64,000 nt of DNA from Verrucomicrobiaceae bacterium. Its GTDB lineage: Bacteria > Verrucomicrobiota > Verrucomicrobiia > Verrucomicrobiales > Akkermansiaceae. The translations under genes were made by a program, and so were the position numbers. Below, one piece after another: positions 55,798-64,000 of this stretch (position 1 is its first letter; each line of letters opens with the position of its first letter). The stretch is from contig JBPOGH010000001.1 of NCBI GenBank assembly GCA_051252135.1, forward strand, positions 625,832 to 689,831, given 5' to 3'. The notes under the pieces are model-generated. The model worked only from the letters and a program-made list of their open reading frames with translations, made no database searches and was not told the origin of the DNA.

Positions 55798-57527
55798 TAG
55801 ACGTCGCGGGCGTAACGCTTCTCTTTCTTCAACTGCTTGAAGTAATCCACCGCTTCCTCCTCCGAAAGTCCCCCATGGGTCTTGGCAATCGTGTGGAGAG
55901 CCTTGTCGACATCCTTCGCCATGCGGGATGCATCACCGCAGACATAGAAATAACCTCCACCCTGCAGCCACTCCCATAGTTCCGCCCCGGATTCCAGCAT
56001 CCGGTCCTGAACGTAAATTTTCTCAGCCTGATCACGTGAAAACGCCAGACTCAGCTTATTGATCACCCCGTCCTTCTGCATCCGCGTAATCTCCTCTTCG
56101 TAGATAAAATCAGTTGCCGCGTAGGGATTGCCAAAGAAAAGCCAATTCCGGCCAGTCGCCTTGGTTGCTTCCCGCTCTTCAAGAAATGCCCGGAAAGGAG
56201 CAATCCCCGTTCCCGGGCCAACCATAATAACATCCTTCTTCAAATCCTCGGGAAGTCGGAACGCCTTATTGTGATGAACAAAAACACCCGGAGCAACATC
56301 TCCCATCCGGTCGGACAGGAAGGTCGAGCACACCCCTCCACGATCTCGATCATGGGAGTTGTAGCGCACAATCGCCACCGTAAGATGCACCTCGCCCGGA
56401 TGGGCCTTGGGACTCGAGGCGATCGAATAAAGCCGCGGCTGCAGCTTCTTCAACACGCTCACAAATTCCTCGCCGTCTCCGAAATCAGCGGGATGATCGA
56501 TAATCAAATCAATGAGCTCACGTCCCCAGCAAAACTCTTCAAAGTCCGCCTTCTCCCCTCCTTCAACCAGCGCACGGAGGAATGGCGATCCGGACCTCTC
56601 CTGCCACTTCTGCAGCAAGGATTTATTCAGGCCCCGGATGTCGTAGGACTCGATCAATGCTTGCCGCAAAGGAGCTTCACCACCACCCGGAAGCGGAACA
56701 TCGTCGTTCACATTGAAAGGAAGACTCTTAAGAATCTCATCCACCGCCGACTCCGGATTGGTCGAAAAGACACTCAGGGCGTCGCCCGCCTCGTATTCAA
56801 GGCCGGAACCTTCGAGTGAAAACTCAACATGGTAGGTTTCCCTCTCGGTCCCCTCTTTGTTCAAGTTGTACTTGTTGATGACCGGCGAGGGATAAGGCCG
56901 CTTCTTTCCATACGGCTCGTCTTCGGAAACTTCCTCCGTCGCAGCCGCTACCGACGCTCCGCCCATGGCCTCCATCACCCCATTCTTCCACTCTTTGAAC
57001 TCGTCGTCGTAATCAACGTCGCAGTCGATGCGCTTAAACATCCGCTTCGCACCAAACTTCTCAAGCCGTTCATCAAACTCGATCCCGCACTTGCAAAAAT
57101 CAGGATACTCGCTGTCGCCCAGGGCAAACACCGAAAAGCTCACCCCTTCAAGACTGGGCACGGAATCCCCCATCACAAACTCATGAAGCTCGGCCGCATT
57201 GTCCGGTGGTTCCCCGTCACCATAGGTGGAGGTGATGATGAGCAAATTCTGCTCCTTCGAAAGCTGGGCCTGATCATACTGTCCCATGTCGATCACCTTG
57301 GGGTCATAATTCCCGCTCTTCAGCGCTTTTGCCAATTTCTTGGCACATCCCTCGGAATTCCCGGTCTGGGAGCCCCAAAGAATCGTCACCGGAATGACTG
57401 GTCCCGATGACGGCGCAGGGCCAACACCAGCGCCGGCCAACAGTGCTTTTGCAAGAAAATCATTGAGCCACGCCCGCTGTTCGGAATTGAACGGAGCGTC
57501 TTCTGGCACGATAATTGGAGAACTCAT
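55794..57527 (-). CDS. cysJ: Sulfite reductase flavoprotein alpha-subunit-like diflavin reductase
   Basis: GSQTGNSE, TSTYGDGEPPDNA, PRLYSIASS, GVCS, GPGTGIAPF, YVCGDA, RYARDVY. Confidence 0.85.
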   Translation of the reverse strand: MSSPIIVPEDAPFNSEQRAWLNDFLAKALLAGAGVGPAPSSGPVIPVTILWGSQTGNSEGCAKKLAKALKSGNYDPKVIDMGQYDQAQLSKEQNLLIITSTYGDGEPPDNAAELHEFVMGDSVPSLEGVSFSVFALGDSEYPDFCKCGIEFDERLEKFGAKRMFKRIDCDVDYDDEFKEWKNGVMEAMGGASVAAATEEVSEDEPYGKKRPYPSPVINKYNLNKEGTERETYHVEFSLEGSGLEYEAGDALSVFSTNPESAVDEILKSLPFNVNDDVPLPGGGEAPLRQALIESYDIRGLNKSLLQKWQERSGSPFLRALVEGGEKADFEEFCWGRELIDLIIDHPADFGDGEEFVSVLKKLQPRLYSIASSPKAHPGEVHLTVAIVRYNSHDRDRGGVCSTFLSDRMGDVAPGVFVHHNKAFRLPEDLKKDVIMVGPGTGIAPFRAFLEEREATKATGRNWLFFGNPYAATDFIYEEEITRMQKDGVINKLSLAFSRDQAEKIYVQDRMLESGAELWEWLQGGGYFYVCGDASRMAKDVDKALHTIAKTHGGLSEEEAVDYFKQLKKEKRYARDVY

Positions 57528-57680
57528 GGTAAGTGATCCGTCCTCTGGGGACGGGCGCGGAAATGTAGGGAGCTTTCAAAGGGATTCAAGCGTGTTTCAT
57601 CGCCGAATCATCCCTTCATTCACTTCTGCCATGAATCAAACTACTGCGATTGACTCAACTTTAATCGAAAAGGTCGAATT

Positions 57681-58727
57681 CTAATCCTCATCCACCGTTT
57701 CATCACGCTGATAAATCGGCAGCTGACGATAGGGAACCGTAAACGCCAACAGCATGATCGAGGTCCCATAGATCCGACCCGCCTCCTTCGCATACCAAGA
57801 TCCATCCTCCTTCTGCCGCTTCAAATAGGTCTCATACATCCAGTCCGCATACGTCTCCCAATAATTCCCACCCATCTGAAACATCGCCTGGGCGTTGTAA
57901 TAGTTGCCGTAAAATTCGAACTGGTCATTGGGCAGCCGTTGAAAGCTCTGGATCACAAAATCCGCCGCCTTTTTCGTCTCGGGCTTCCCGTGCTGCCCAC
58001 ACAGCTCCAAACAAAGGAGCCCCATCCCGGTCAGCGACAGCTGATGATTCCGCGTATCCGTGTATCCAAAATGTCCCCCTTTCGGATCAAAATGCCGATA
58101 CAAATAAGCCACCGCATCATCGATTGCCTTATCCGGCACCGCCGCCCCGTTCAGCTTCGCCGATCTCAACGCCATCAGTGCCCAACCACTGCAAGATGTA
58201 TCGGAATCGCGCGATCCCGGGTGATACCGCCACCCGCCCTGATGTCGTTCCGATTTCTTCACCGCTTGCGCCCTCAAAATCAAACCCAACGCCCGGGGCA
58301 GACTCTCCGCGATCTTCTTCTGCCGCTCCGGGTCCACCATTCCGGACACTTCCGAAATAAAGAGCGTCGCGATATTGTGGGCATACATCGGACCACTCCC
58401 CCCATACCCGGCATCATAAAGCCCCTGCCGATCCTGATGGGAGAGAATGTAGTCAATGATCCGCGTCAAGGTCTCCGCATATTCCCCTTCTGTCGGGAGA
58501 TGCCCCCGCGAAAGAAAGGCCATCCCCGCCAAAGCCGGAATCCCCGTTGAGGTGCCATAACCCTCGGGATAAGAACCATCCTCCTGTTGAACCCGGGCCA
58601 AAAAATCAAGTCCTCGGTCGATCGCCGGATCCGCCTTTTCTTTCCAACGCGAAAACACCGTCTCCGGCACACCCTGACCGAACGAAGCAGCCACACTGAG
58701 AATCAAAATATAAAATACTGCTTTCAT
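57681..58727 (-). CDS. Secreted prenyltransferase/squalene-cyclase repeat protein
   Basis: Signal peptide; GLDFLARVQQEDGS, MYAH, GGWRY, DTS, QKEDGSW, LPIYQR. Confidence 0.85.
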   Translation of the reverse strand: MKAVFYILILSVAASFGQGVPETVFSRWKEKADPAIDRGLDFLARVQQEDGSYPEGYGTSTGIPALAGMAFLSRGHLPTEGEYAETLTRIIDYILSHQDRQGLYDAGYGGSGPMYAHNIATLFISEVSGMVDPERQKKIAESLPRALGLILRAQAVKKSERHQGGWRYHPGSRDSDTSCSGWALMALRSAKLNGAAVPDKAIDDAVAYLYRHFDPKGGHFGYTDTRNHQLSLTGMGLLCLELCGQHGKPETKKAADFVIQSFQRLPNDQFEFYGNYYNAQAMFQMGGNYWETYADWMYETYLKRQKEDGSWYAKEAGRIYGTSIMLLAFTVPYRQLPIYQRDETVDED

Positions 58728-61700
58728 CGTTCCTGAGTTACTTGCTCAAAATACTTCTTCACCAATCCACGATAATCTTCCGGAACCACCGCACCACGGG
58801 CACCTCCGATCTCAGATTTAAGGGTGGCCTTGATTTTCGCCCAATCCCCCGCACTCACCCCAAGGCGCGCCAACTCGGGCGGAACCCCGGGATCAGCTTG
58901 AGCCTGACGCTCCCCTTCCTGGGACTGGTCCCCCGGTTGCGATCCCTGATCATTCCCTGGTTGCCCCTCTTGTCCCGACTCATTCTCTGCCATCGGCGCG
59001 CCCTGTCCCGGTTGTTGATTCTGGGACATTGCCGATTGCGCCTGCTGCGCCGCAGACTTCAGGGCCTCCGCCGCCGCCTTCGCAGATGACGCAGCCGCTT
59101 GGGAAGAATCGGCATTGGCCGCCTCACTACTTTGCTCAAAGGCTTCAGCCAGCGGTTCACCCGGTGCCGGAACCGCATTCGCGTCCTCTTGCTGCTGTCC
59201 TGCCTGCTCCGCCTGCTTCGCAAAGTCTTGCGCTGCCTGCGCCAACAGATCGCCCGCCTTTTCAAGTTGCTCCGATGACTGACCGTGAAACTGCGCCGCT
59301 TGCTGTGATTGACCATTAGCTTGCTCCTTCATCGCCTGATCCGCCCGATTGGCCCCATCACGACCCCGGTCTTGCGCTTGCTGCAAAGCCTGGTTGTCAT
59401 CAGCAGCAAGCGGGAACTCGCTCAACTCTTCAGCCAACTCCAAAGCCTTTTCAGCCTGCAATTCTTCCAGTGCGGCCAGGGCCTCCTCCGCCTTCCCCTC
59501 AGCCAGGGCTTGAAATGCCTCCGCCACCTTCTCCTGACGATCCTGAAGGTCCTGCTGCGATTGAGCCGCTTGCTCCCCCTCCTTCAACGCCTCGGCAGCA
59601 GCTTGGGCGGATGCCGCAGCTTGTATAGATTCCCCGGCATCTCGCGCTGCCTCGGCCTGGGCCACCGCCTCCGGCAGCGTATTCGCCCGATCTTCATTCT
59701 CCTCACGTGCTTCCGATAACTCTCCTTTGACCTCTTCGGCAATCTGCCCCTGCTCTTGCTTCAACGCCTCCTCGATCTTCTGTCTCTGCAGCGTTTCCAA
59801 AGCCCCGAGGGCCTCCTCGGTGTTCCCTTCAGCCAACGCCTCGAACCCTTCGGCCACGGTCTCCTGCTTCTTCTGGAGCGAGGGTTCTTGAGCCATTTTT
59901 TCCGCCGCTTCTTTTCCCGCCTCCGCCGCCTCCTGCGGCGACGTCGCTTCACGGGCCTCCTCAGCCTTTGGTGCGCCTTCAGAAGCAGCTTCTTTGGATT
60001 CCGCTGCTATTCTGCTTTGCTCATCCTTAAGAGCCTCCGCAATTTGCTCTTTGGCCGACTGTTCTTTTCCCTCTGACAAATTCTTCAACTCTTCCTGGGA
60101 TTGGGCCAGTGCTCGAGCTTCCTCCTCCAATTTGGCTGCTCGTTCCGCTTGCGCTTCCAATGCCGCCTGCTTCGCCTGAGGAGAACGCTTCACCATCTCA
60201 CGAATTTCGCGACTCAATTGCTCCTGCTGGTTTTGCCACCTCTGCTGCTCCTTCCCGTCTGCTTGCTCTCCCTCTTCAGCCTGCCGGGCAAGTGAATCCT
60301 GCCGCTGCGCCATCTCCTGAAGCCTCGCTAATTCCTCAATTTTCTGACGATCACGATTCGTTTCATCACGGAGTTTTTCCAAAGTCCGCACCGCCTCATC
60401 AGAGGCCCGCACCGCGGCATCCAGTTCGCCGCGTCGCGACTCCGGAGTATCTTGCAAGGGTGACATCTCCACACTCTGCTTCGCTTCGGATAACTTATCC
60501 GCCGCCTTAACTGCCTCGTCGGAACGATGCGCCTGCACCCCCTGCTCCATCCGCTCCGCCAACTCCCTGACCTTTTCTTCAATCGCCGCTAACTCATCAC
60601 GCGCCTCATCAATATTTTCCACTGCCTGCTTGCTCACCTCTTCCTTGTGAAGATGTCCCTGCGCTTTCCGCATTTTCACCTGCGCCCTTCGGGTCTCACG
60701 TATGGCCTCCTCAATCGTCTCTCTGATGTCCGACTGCTGGGCTTGCAATTCCTGCCGGGCCAACGACGAAGCCTTCTGATCAAGCCTCACCTCGATCCAA
60801 TCGGAATACCCCACTCCCGGACCATCGAGTTCCGCCGGCCTGTTATCACTCAATTTGAGCCGTAATTTGAAGCGCTTCGCCTTCGGATGCCTGTCCAGAA
60901 GACTGCCCACATAGGCCATCGCCTCACCACTCCACAATCCTTCTCTCTCAGCGATCACCCGCGTCGGCAACGCCTCCTTCAACGGAGTTTCGGGTCTCCC
61001 CTCGACCTCCAGTTCAATCTCGCAGGAAGAGAGACCAATCTGCTCCTCCACCTCATAAACCAGAATTATCTGATCGTCCGGGCGCATCCGAAGCTCTCGT
61101 TGAAATGGCTTCACCAATTTCACCACCGGGGCCTCGTCTTCCGTAAATTCCACCGGAAATCGCGCTACTTCAATTCCTTCCCGCAACCGGTGATCCAACA
61201 CCACCACCGCCTCATGTTTCCCCGGAGACTTTTGCGAAAACCTCACCTCCATATCGGAATCCCGGGTCGCACGTTCCAAACTCTCTTCTCCCGCAACTTC
61301 GCCATCCAGCGTGAACCTCACCTCTTCCACCTCACTGGGAACCTGGCTTGTGAGCACAATCTCGGTGCCAGCCAACGCACGCAAACCGGTCGACAAATCA
61401 GTCACCCGGTCCGCCCAACCGGTGTATTCGGGATAGCGATACCTTACGGTCGCATTCTCCAGCGAAGGCTTGGGATAAACCGTAATCTCAAATTGATCAC
61501 TCTCACTCTTCCCTGACCGCACCAAATATTGAAATGATTCGGACACTTCGTGCAATTGATATTCGAACCGCGAAAGCTCCCCATCCTGCGACACCACAGA
61601 AAGTTGCTCGCTCAACTCTCTCCCACTGCTCGTTCGGGTCACCAACTCCAGCGGCTCTTTCAAGTCCCCTTCATAAGAAAGCGAGATCAACAACGGTTCC

Positions 61701-62314
61701 CCTTCGATCAGCTCCTGATCCCCGGGCATAATCTCAAACCGAAGACCACCCGCATTCCCCATTGTCGAAAACGGAGCCACCGCCCGTGCCAAAAGCCGTC
61801 CCATTTCCTGCGGAAACACCGCCAATAACAGAGCGATCACCCCCACCATCGCTGCCAGTGGCACCACCGACTTCCTCACCCGACGTGTCGTCACTTCGAC
61901 CTCCGGATCCAACCCCGAAAGATCCGTCGCCGCCTCACTGGATAACTCCGCCAACAACTCCTCCGAAATCCCTTCATGCGATCCGGCTAGTTCCAGACTG
62001 GTGGATATCCGCTCCTGCACCTCGGGATGCCGAATCTCCAGCCAACGGGCCAATTGAACATCGCTAATGATCCTTCTCAACGGCCTCAACAAATAACTCC
62101 ACAGCCCCCACCCCATCACCGCCAACCAAAGAAAAAACAACAACACCCTGATCGCCGTGACCAGCGGAGCAAAAATAAAATCAAGCGCCGCAATAAGAAG
62201 CAACCCTCCCAACACCACCGAACCGAATCTCACCATCCCGCGGGCAAATTGCACCCGTCGAATGCGTCTGCGCAGCACCGCCAACTGGCGGGAAATCCGG
62301 GAGGTCGTTTCCAT
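58724..62314 (-). CDS. Large membrane protein with Ig-like domains and long Gln/Glu/Ala coiled coil (DUF4175-like)
   Basis: Three N-terminal TMs, YPEYTG motif, coiled coil, C-terminal VPEDYRGLVKKYF. Confidence 0.75.
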   Translation of the reverse strand: METTSRISRQLAVLRRRIRRVQFARGMVRFGSVVLGGLLLIAALDFIFAPLVTAIRVLLFFLWLAVMGWGLWSYLLRPLRRIISDVQLARWLEIRHPEVQERISTSLELAGSHEGISEELLAELSSEAATDLSGLDPEVEVTTRRVRKSVVPLAAMVGVIALLLAVFPQEMGRLLARAVAPFSTMGNAGGLRFEIMPGDQELIEGEPLLISLSYEGDLKEPLELVTRTSSGRELSEQLSVVSQDGELSRFEYQLHEVSESFQYLVRSGKSESDQFEITVYPKPSLENATVRYRYPEYTGWADRVTDLSTGLRALAGTEIVLTSQVPSEVEEVRFTLDGEVAGEESLERATRDSDMEVRFSQKSPGKHEAVVVLDHRLREGIEVARFPVEFTEDEAPVVKLVKPFQRELRMRPDDQIILVYEVEEQIGLSSCEIELEVEGRPETPLKEALPTRVIAEREGLWSGEAMAYVGSLLDRHPKAKRFKLRLKLSDNRPAELDGPGVGYSDWIEVRLDQKASSLARQELQAQQSDIRETIEEAIRETRRAQVKMRKAQGHLHKEEVSKQAVENIDEARDELAAIEEKVRELAERMEQGVQAHRSDEAVKAADKLSEAKQSVEMSPLQDTPESRRGELDAAVRASDEAVRTLEKLRDETNRDRQKIEELARLQEMAQRQDSLARQAEEGEQADGKEQQRWQNQQEQLSREIREMVKRSPQAKQAALEAQAERAAKLEEEARALAQSQEELKNLSEGKEQSAKEQIAEALKDEQSRIAAESKEAASEGAPKAEEAREATSPQEAAEAGKEAAEKMAQEPSLQKKQETVAEGFEALAEGNTEEALGALETLQRQKIEEALKQEQGQIAEEVKGELSEAREENEDRANTLPEAVAQAEAARDAGESIQAAASAQAAAEALKEGEQAAQSQQDLQDRQEKVAEAFQALAEGKAEEALAALEELQAEKALELAEELSEFPLAADDNQALQQAQDRGRDGANRADQAMKEQANGQSQQAAQFHGQSSEQLEKAGDLLAQAAQDFAKQAEQAGQQQEDANAVPAPGEPLAEAFEQSSEAANADSSQAAASSAKAAAEALKSAAQQAQSAMSQNQQPGQGAPMAENESGQEGQPGNDQGSQPGDQSQEGERQAQADPGVPPELARLGVSAGDWAKIKATLKSEIGGARGAVVPEDYRGLVKKYFEQVTQER

Positions 62315-62381
62315 CTGTCCCTATACGACTTCAACTCCCCTCATTTTTCGAGAATCAAAATCAAGTCATTGCCCCGGCAAG

Positions 62382-62417
62382 CATAAGGCCGCCCCAGCGT
62401 GCTGGGGCGGCCTTATG
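62382..62417. terminator. 17-bp perfect inverted repeat at the 3' end of tRNA-Ser
   Basis: CATAAGGCCGCCCCAGC-GT-GCTGGGGCGGCCTTATG; no clear U-tract, so the terminator role is tentative. Confidence 0.55.
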
Positions 62418-62503
62418 GCAGAGGGGGTGGGATTCGAACCCACGGTAGCTTACACTACGCCGGTTTTCAAGACCGGTGCATTCGACCACTCTGCCACCCC
62501 TCC
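62416..62503 (-). tRNA. tRNA-Ser (TGA)
   Basis: 88-nt cloverleaf with long variable arm; anticodon arm CCGGT-CTTGAAA-ACCGG; encoded CCA. Confidence 0.97.
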
Positions 62504-62624
62504 GCAAGCGCGGCGAAGATTCAATAACTCGTCCATCTTGGCAAGAAAAGATCTTCGCCTCTTTTCCATCACCCCGCACGCCGGACTTGCCCAGCACCCC
62601 GTCACTCGCTTAGCTCTAGAGAAT

Positions 62625-63554
62625 ATGAGCAAAGCAGTTCTCCTCTTCTCCGGTCAAGGCGCACAAAAAGTCGGCATGGGCCGGGACCTCATCGAAGCCT
62701 ACCCCGCCGCCCGGGCACTCTTCGAACAAGCCGATGAAATCCTCGGCCGCCCTCTCACCCAAATCATGTTTGAAGGCCCCAATGATGACCTCACCCGCAC
62801 CGCCAACTGCCAACCCGCCCTCTTCCTCCACGGACTCAGTCTCCTCGCCGTCTTAAAAGAAAAGTTCCCCGCACTCGATCCCGTAGCCGCCGCCGGCCTC
62901 TCCCTGGGAGAAATGACCGCCCACGCCGCCGCCGGAACCTTTTCCTTTGAAGAAGGCCTCAAGCTCGTCGCTCGCCGCGGCGAACTCATGGACGAAGCCT
63001 GTGAAGCCACCGAAGGAAGCATGGCCGCCATGATCGGTGGTGACGAGGCCGACGTTCGCCGCCTCGCAAATGATTGTGATGTCGATGTCGCTAACCTCAA
63101 CTGTCCCGGCCAAATCGTTCTCTCCGGAAAAGTCGCCGGCATCGGGGAAGCCGTTGCCAAAGCCAAAGAATACGGCCTCCGCATGGGCAAACAGCTCAGT
63201 GTCGCCGGGGCCTACCACTCCCGCCTCATGGCCGGCGCGCAGGATAAGCTCGCTCTCGCCCTCGCTGAAACTCAAGTCGGCACGCCGCAAATCCCCGTCA
63301 TTTCCAACTACCTTGCCGAACCCGCCGATGGACCTGATGCCATCCGCGACTCACTCGTCAAACAAGTCACCGGCTCCGTCCGCTGGGTCGAATCGATCCA
63401 ACTTCTCCGAAGTCAGGGCCACGATCTTTTCATCGAACTTGGACCGGGAAAAGTCCTCGCCGGACTCATGACCCGCATCGATAAGGATGCAAAAGTCATT
63501 TCAATCGAAGATGCCGCAAGTCTCGAAGACGCTCTGGGCGAGCTCAAAGCCTGA
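62625..63554 (+). CDS. fabD: Malonyl-CoA:ACP transacylase
   Basis: FSGQGAQ, QPAL, GLSLGE, ANLNCPGQIV, AYHS, VRW, ELGPG; start MSKAV at 62625. Confidence 0.95.
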   Translation: MSKAVLLFSGQGAQKVGMGRDLIEAYPAARALFEQADEILGRPLTQIMFEGPNDDLTRTANCQPALFLHGLSLLAVLKEKFPALDPVAAAGLSLGEMTAHAAAGTFSFEEGLKLVARRGELMDEACEATEGSMAAMIGGDEADVRRLANDCDVDVANLNCPGQIVLSGKVAGIGEAVAKAKEYGLRMGKQLSVAGAYHSRLMAGAQDKLALALAETQVGTPQIPVISNYLAEPADGPDAIRDSLVKQVTGSVRWVESIQLLRSQGHDLFIELGPGKVLAGLMTRIDKDAKVISIEDAASLEDALGELKA

Positions 63555-63601
63555 TAGATTAGGAACTGCGAAAAAAAATGAACAAAGTGGTAAAATAAGT
63601 A

Positions 63602-63630
63602 TTGCCCCCGTACCGTGATCACCCTAGCTT
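63602..63630 (+). promoter_or_regulatory. Candidate sigma70 promoter of tRNA-Asp
   Basis: TTGCCC - 17 nt - TAGCTT, with an A-rich upstream tract and GC-rich discriminator CCCGCC. Confidence 0.6.
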
Positions 63631-63651
63631 CCCGCCGTTCTCACCACATGC

Positions 63652-63711
<60 letters not shown>

Positions 63712-63728
<17 letters not shown>

Positions 63729-64000
63729 CTCCAATTCGAGAACATCGAAGCTCTTAGACCTTCCCTCACCGGAAGGTTTTTTTGTGCCCTCAAATCCAGA
63801 GCGGACGGGACGAGAACCCTGCCGAGCAAAGCGAGGCCTCGGGGGTTCGAACGCGCGTTTCATCCCATGAAACGAATCACCCTGCGAAGCGCAGCGAAGA
63901 CAATTCAGCATAGCCAACGGCAATCCCGTCCGCTCCGCCACTCCAATTCGAGAACATCGAAGCTCTTAGACCTTCCCTCACCGGAAGGTTTTTTTGTGCC
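63712..64000 (+). repeat. tRNA-linked direct repeat, period 212 bp
   Basis: 63712-63788 is identical to 63924-64000 (77 bp, runs to the window edge) and includes the last 17 nt of tRNA-Asp and its terminator. Confidence 0.92.
63758..63783 (+). terminator. Intrinsic terminator after tRNA-Asp (repeated at 63970-63995)
   Basis: ACCTTCC-CTCACC-GGAAGGT stem-loop ending in a T7 run. Confidence 0.8.

Noticed and set aside
57647..57668. CGATTGA-N7-TTAATCG palindrome upstream of the cysJ-like gene
   Set aside because: Single short imperfect palindrome; could arise by chance.
55185..62503. Genomic island between tRNA-Ala and tRNA-Ser
   Set aside because: No integrase, no duplicated tRNA ends seen, and composition resembles the host.
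62157..62624. Long N-terminal extension of FabD in the ORF track
   Set aside because: It runs antisense through tRNA-Ser; FabD homology begins at MSKAV (62625).

Overview
Bacterial chromosomal segment. Gene content (PVC-type heme-binding CxxCH protein, sulfatases, CotH/LamG secreted proteins, prenyltransferase-repeat proteins) points by inference to Verrucomicrobiota. Bases 1-13.3 kb hold a compact minus-strand type IV (MSHA-like) pilus cluster: pilM-pilN fusion, pilO-like, pilP-like, secretin, pilB, pilC, pilT, one major pilin, three minor pilins and a PilX-like beta-helix protein. It lacks the strong C-over-G skew of the rest of the window and carries a degenerate ~243-bp tandem duplication upstream of the major pilin. 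Bases 13.6-34 kb encode two sulfatases, an SGNH / heme-protein / FG-GAP / sulfatase operon, a secreted trypsin-like protease coupled to two helical-repeat paralogs, and LamG and CotH secreted proteins sharing a C-terminal motif. The remainder is mostly housekeeping: heme synthesis (ccsA/hemX-like, hemA, hemC, cobA-hemD), apt, a GxxExxY gene, pgi, a TetR-RND efflux operon with candidate operators, an orphan DNA methyltransferase, hslO, recF, cinA, rsfS, a cysJ-like flavoprotein, fabD and three tRNAs (Ala-GGC, Ser-TGA, Asp-GTC). tRNA-Asp is followed by a 212-bp-period repeat of its own 3' end. All calls are from motif recognition by eye; no database searches were run.
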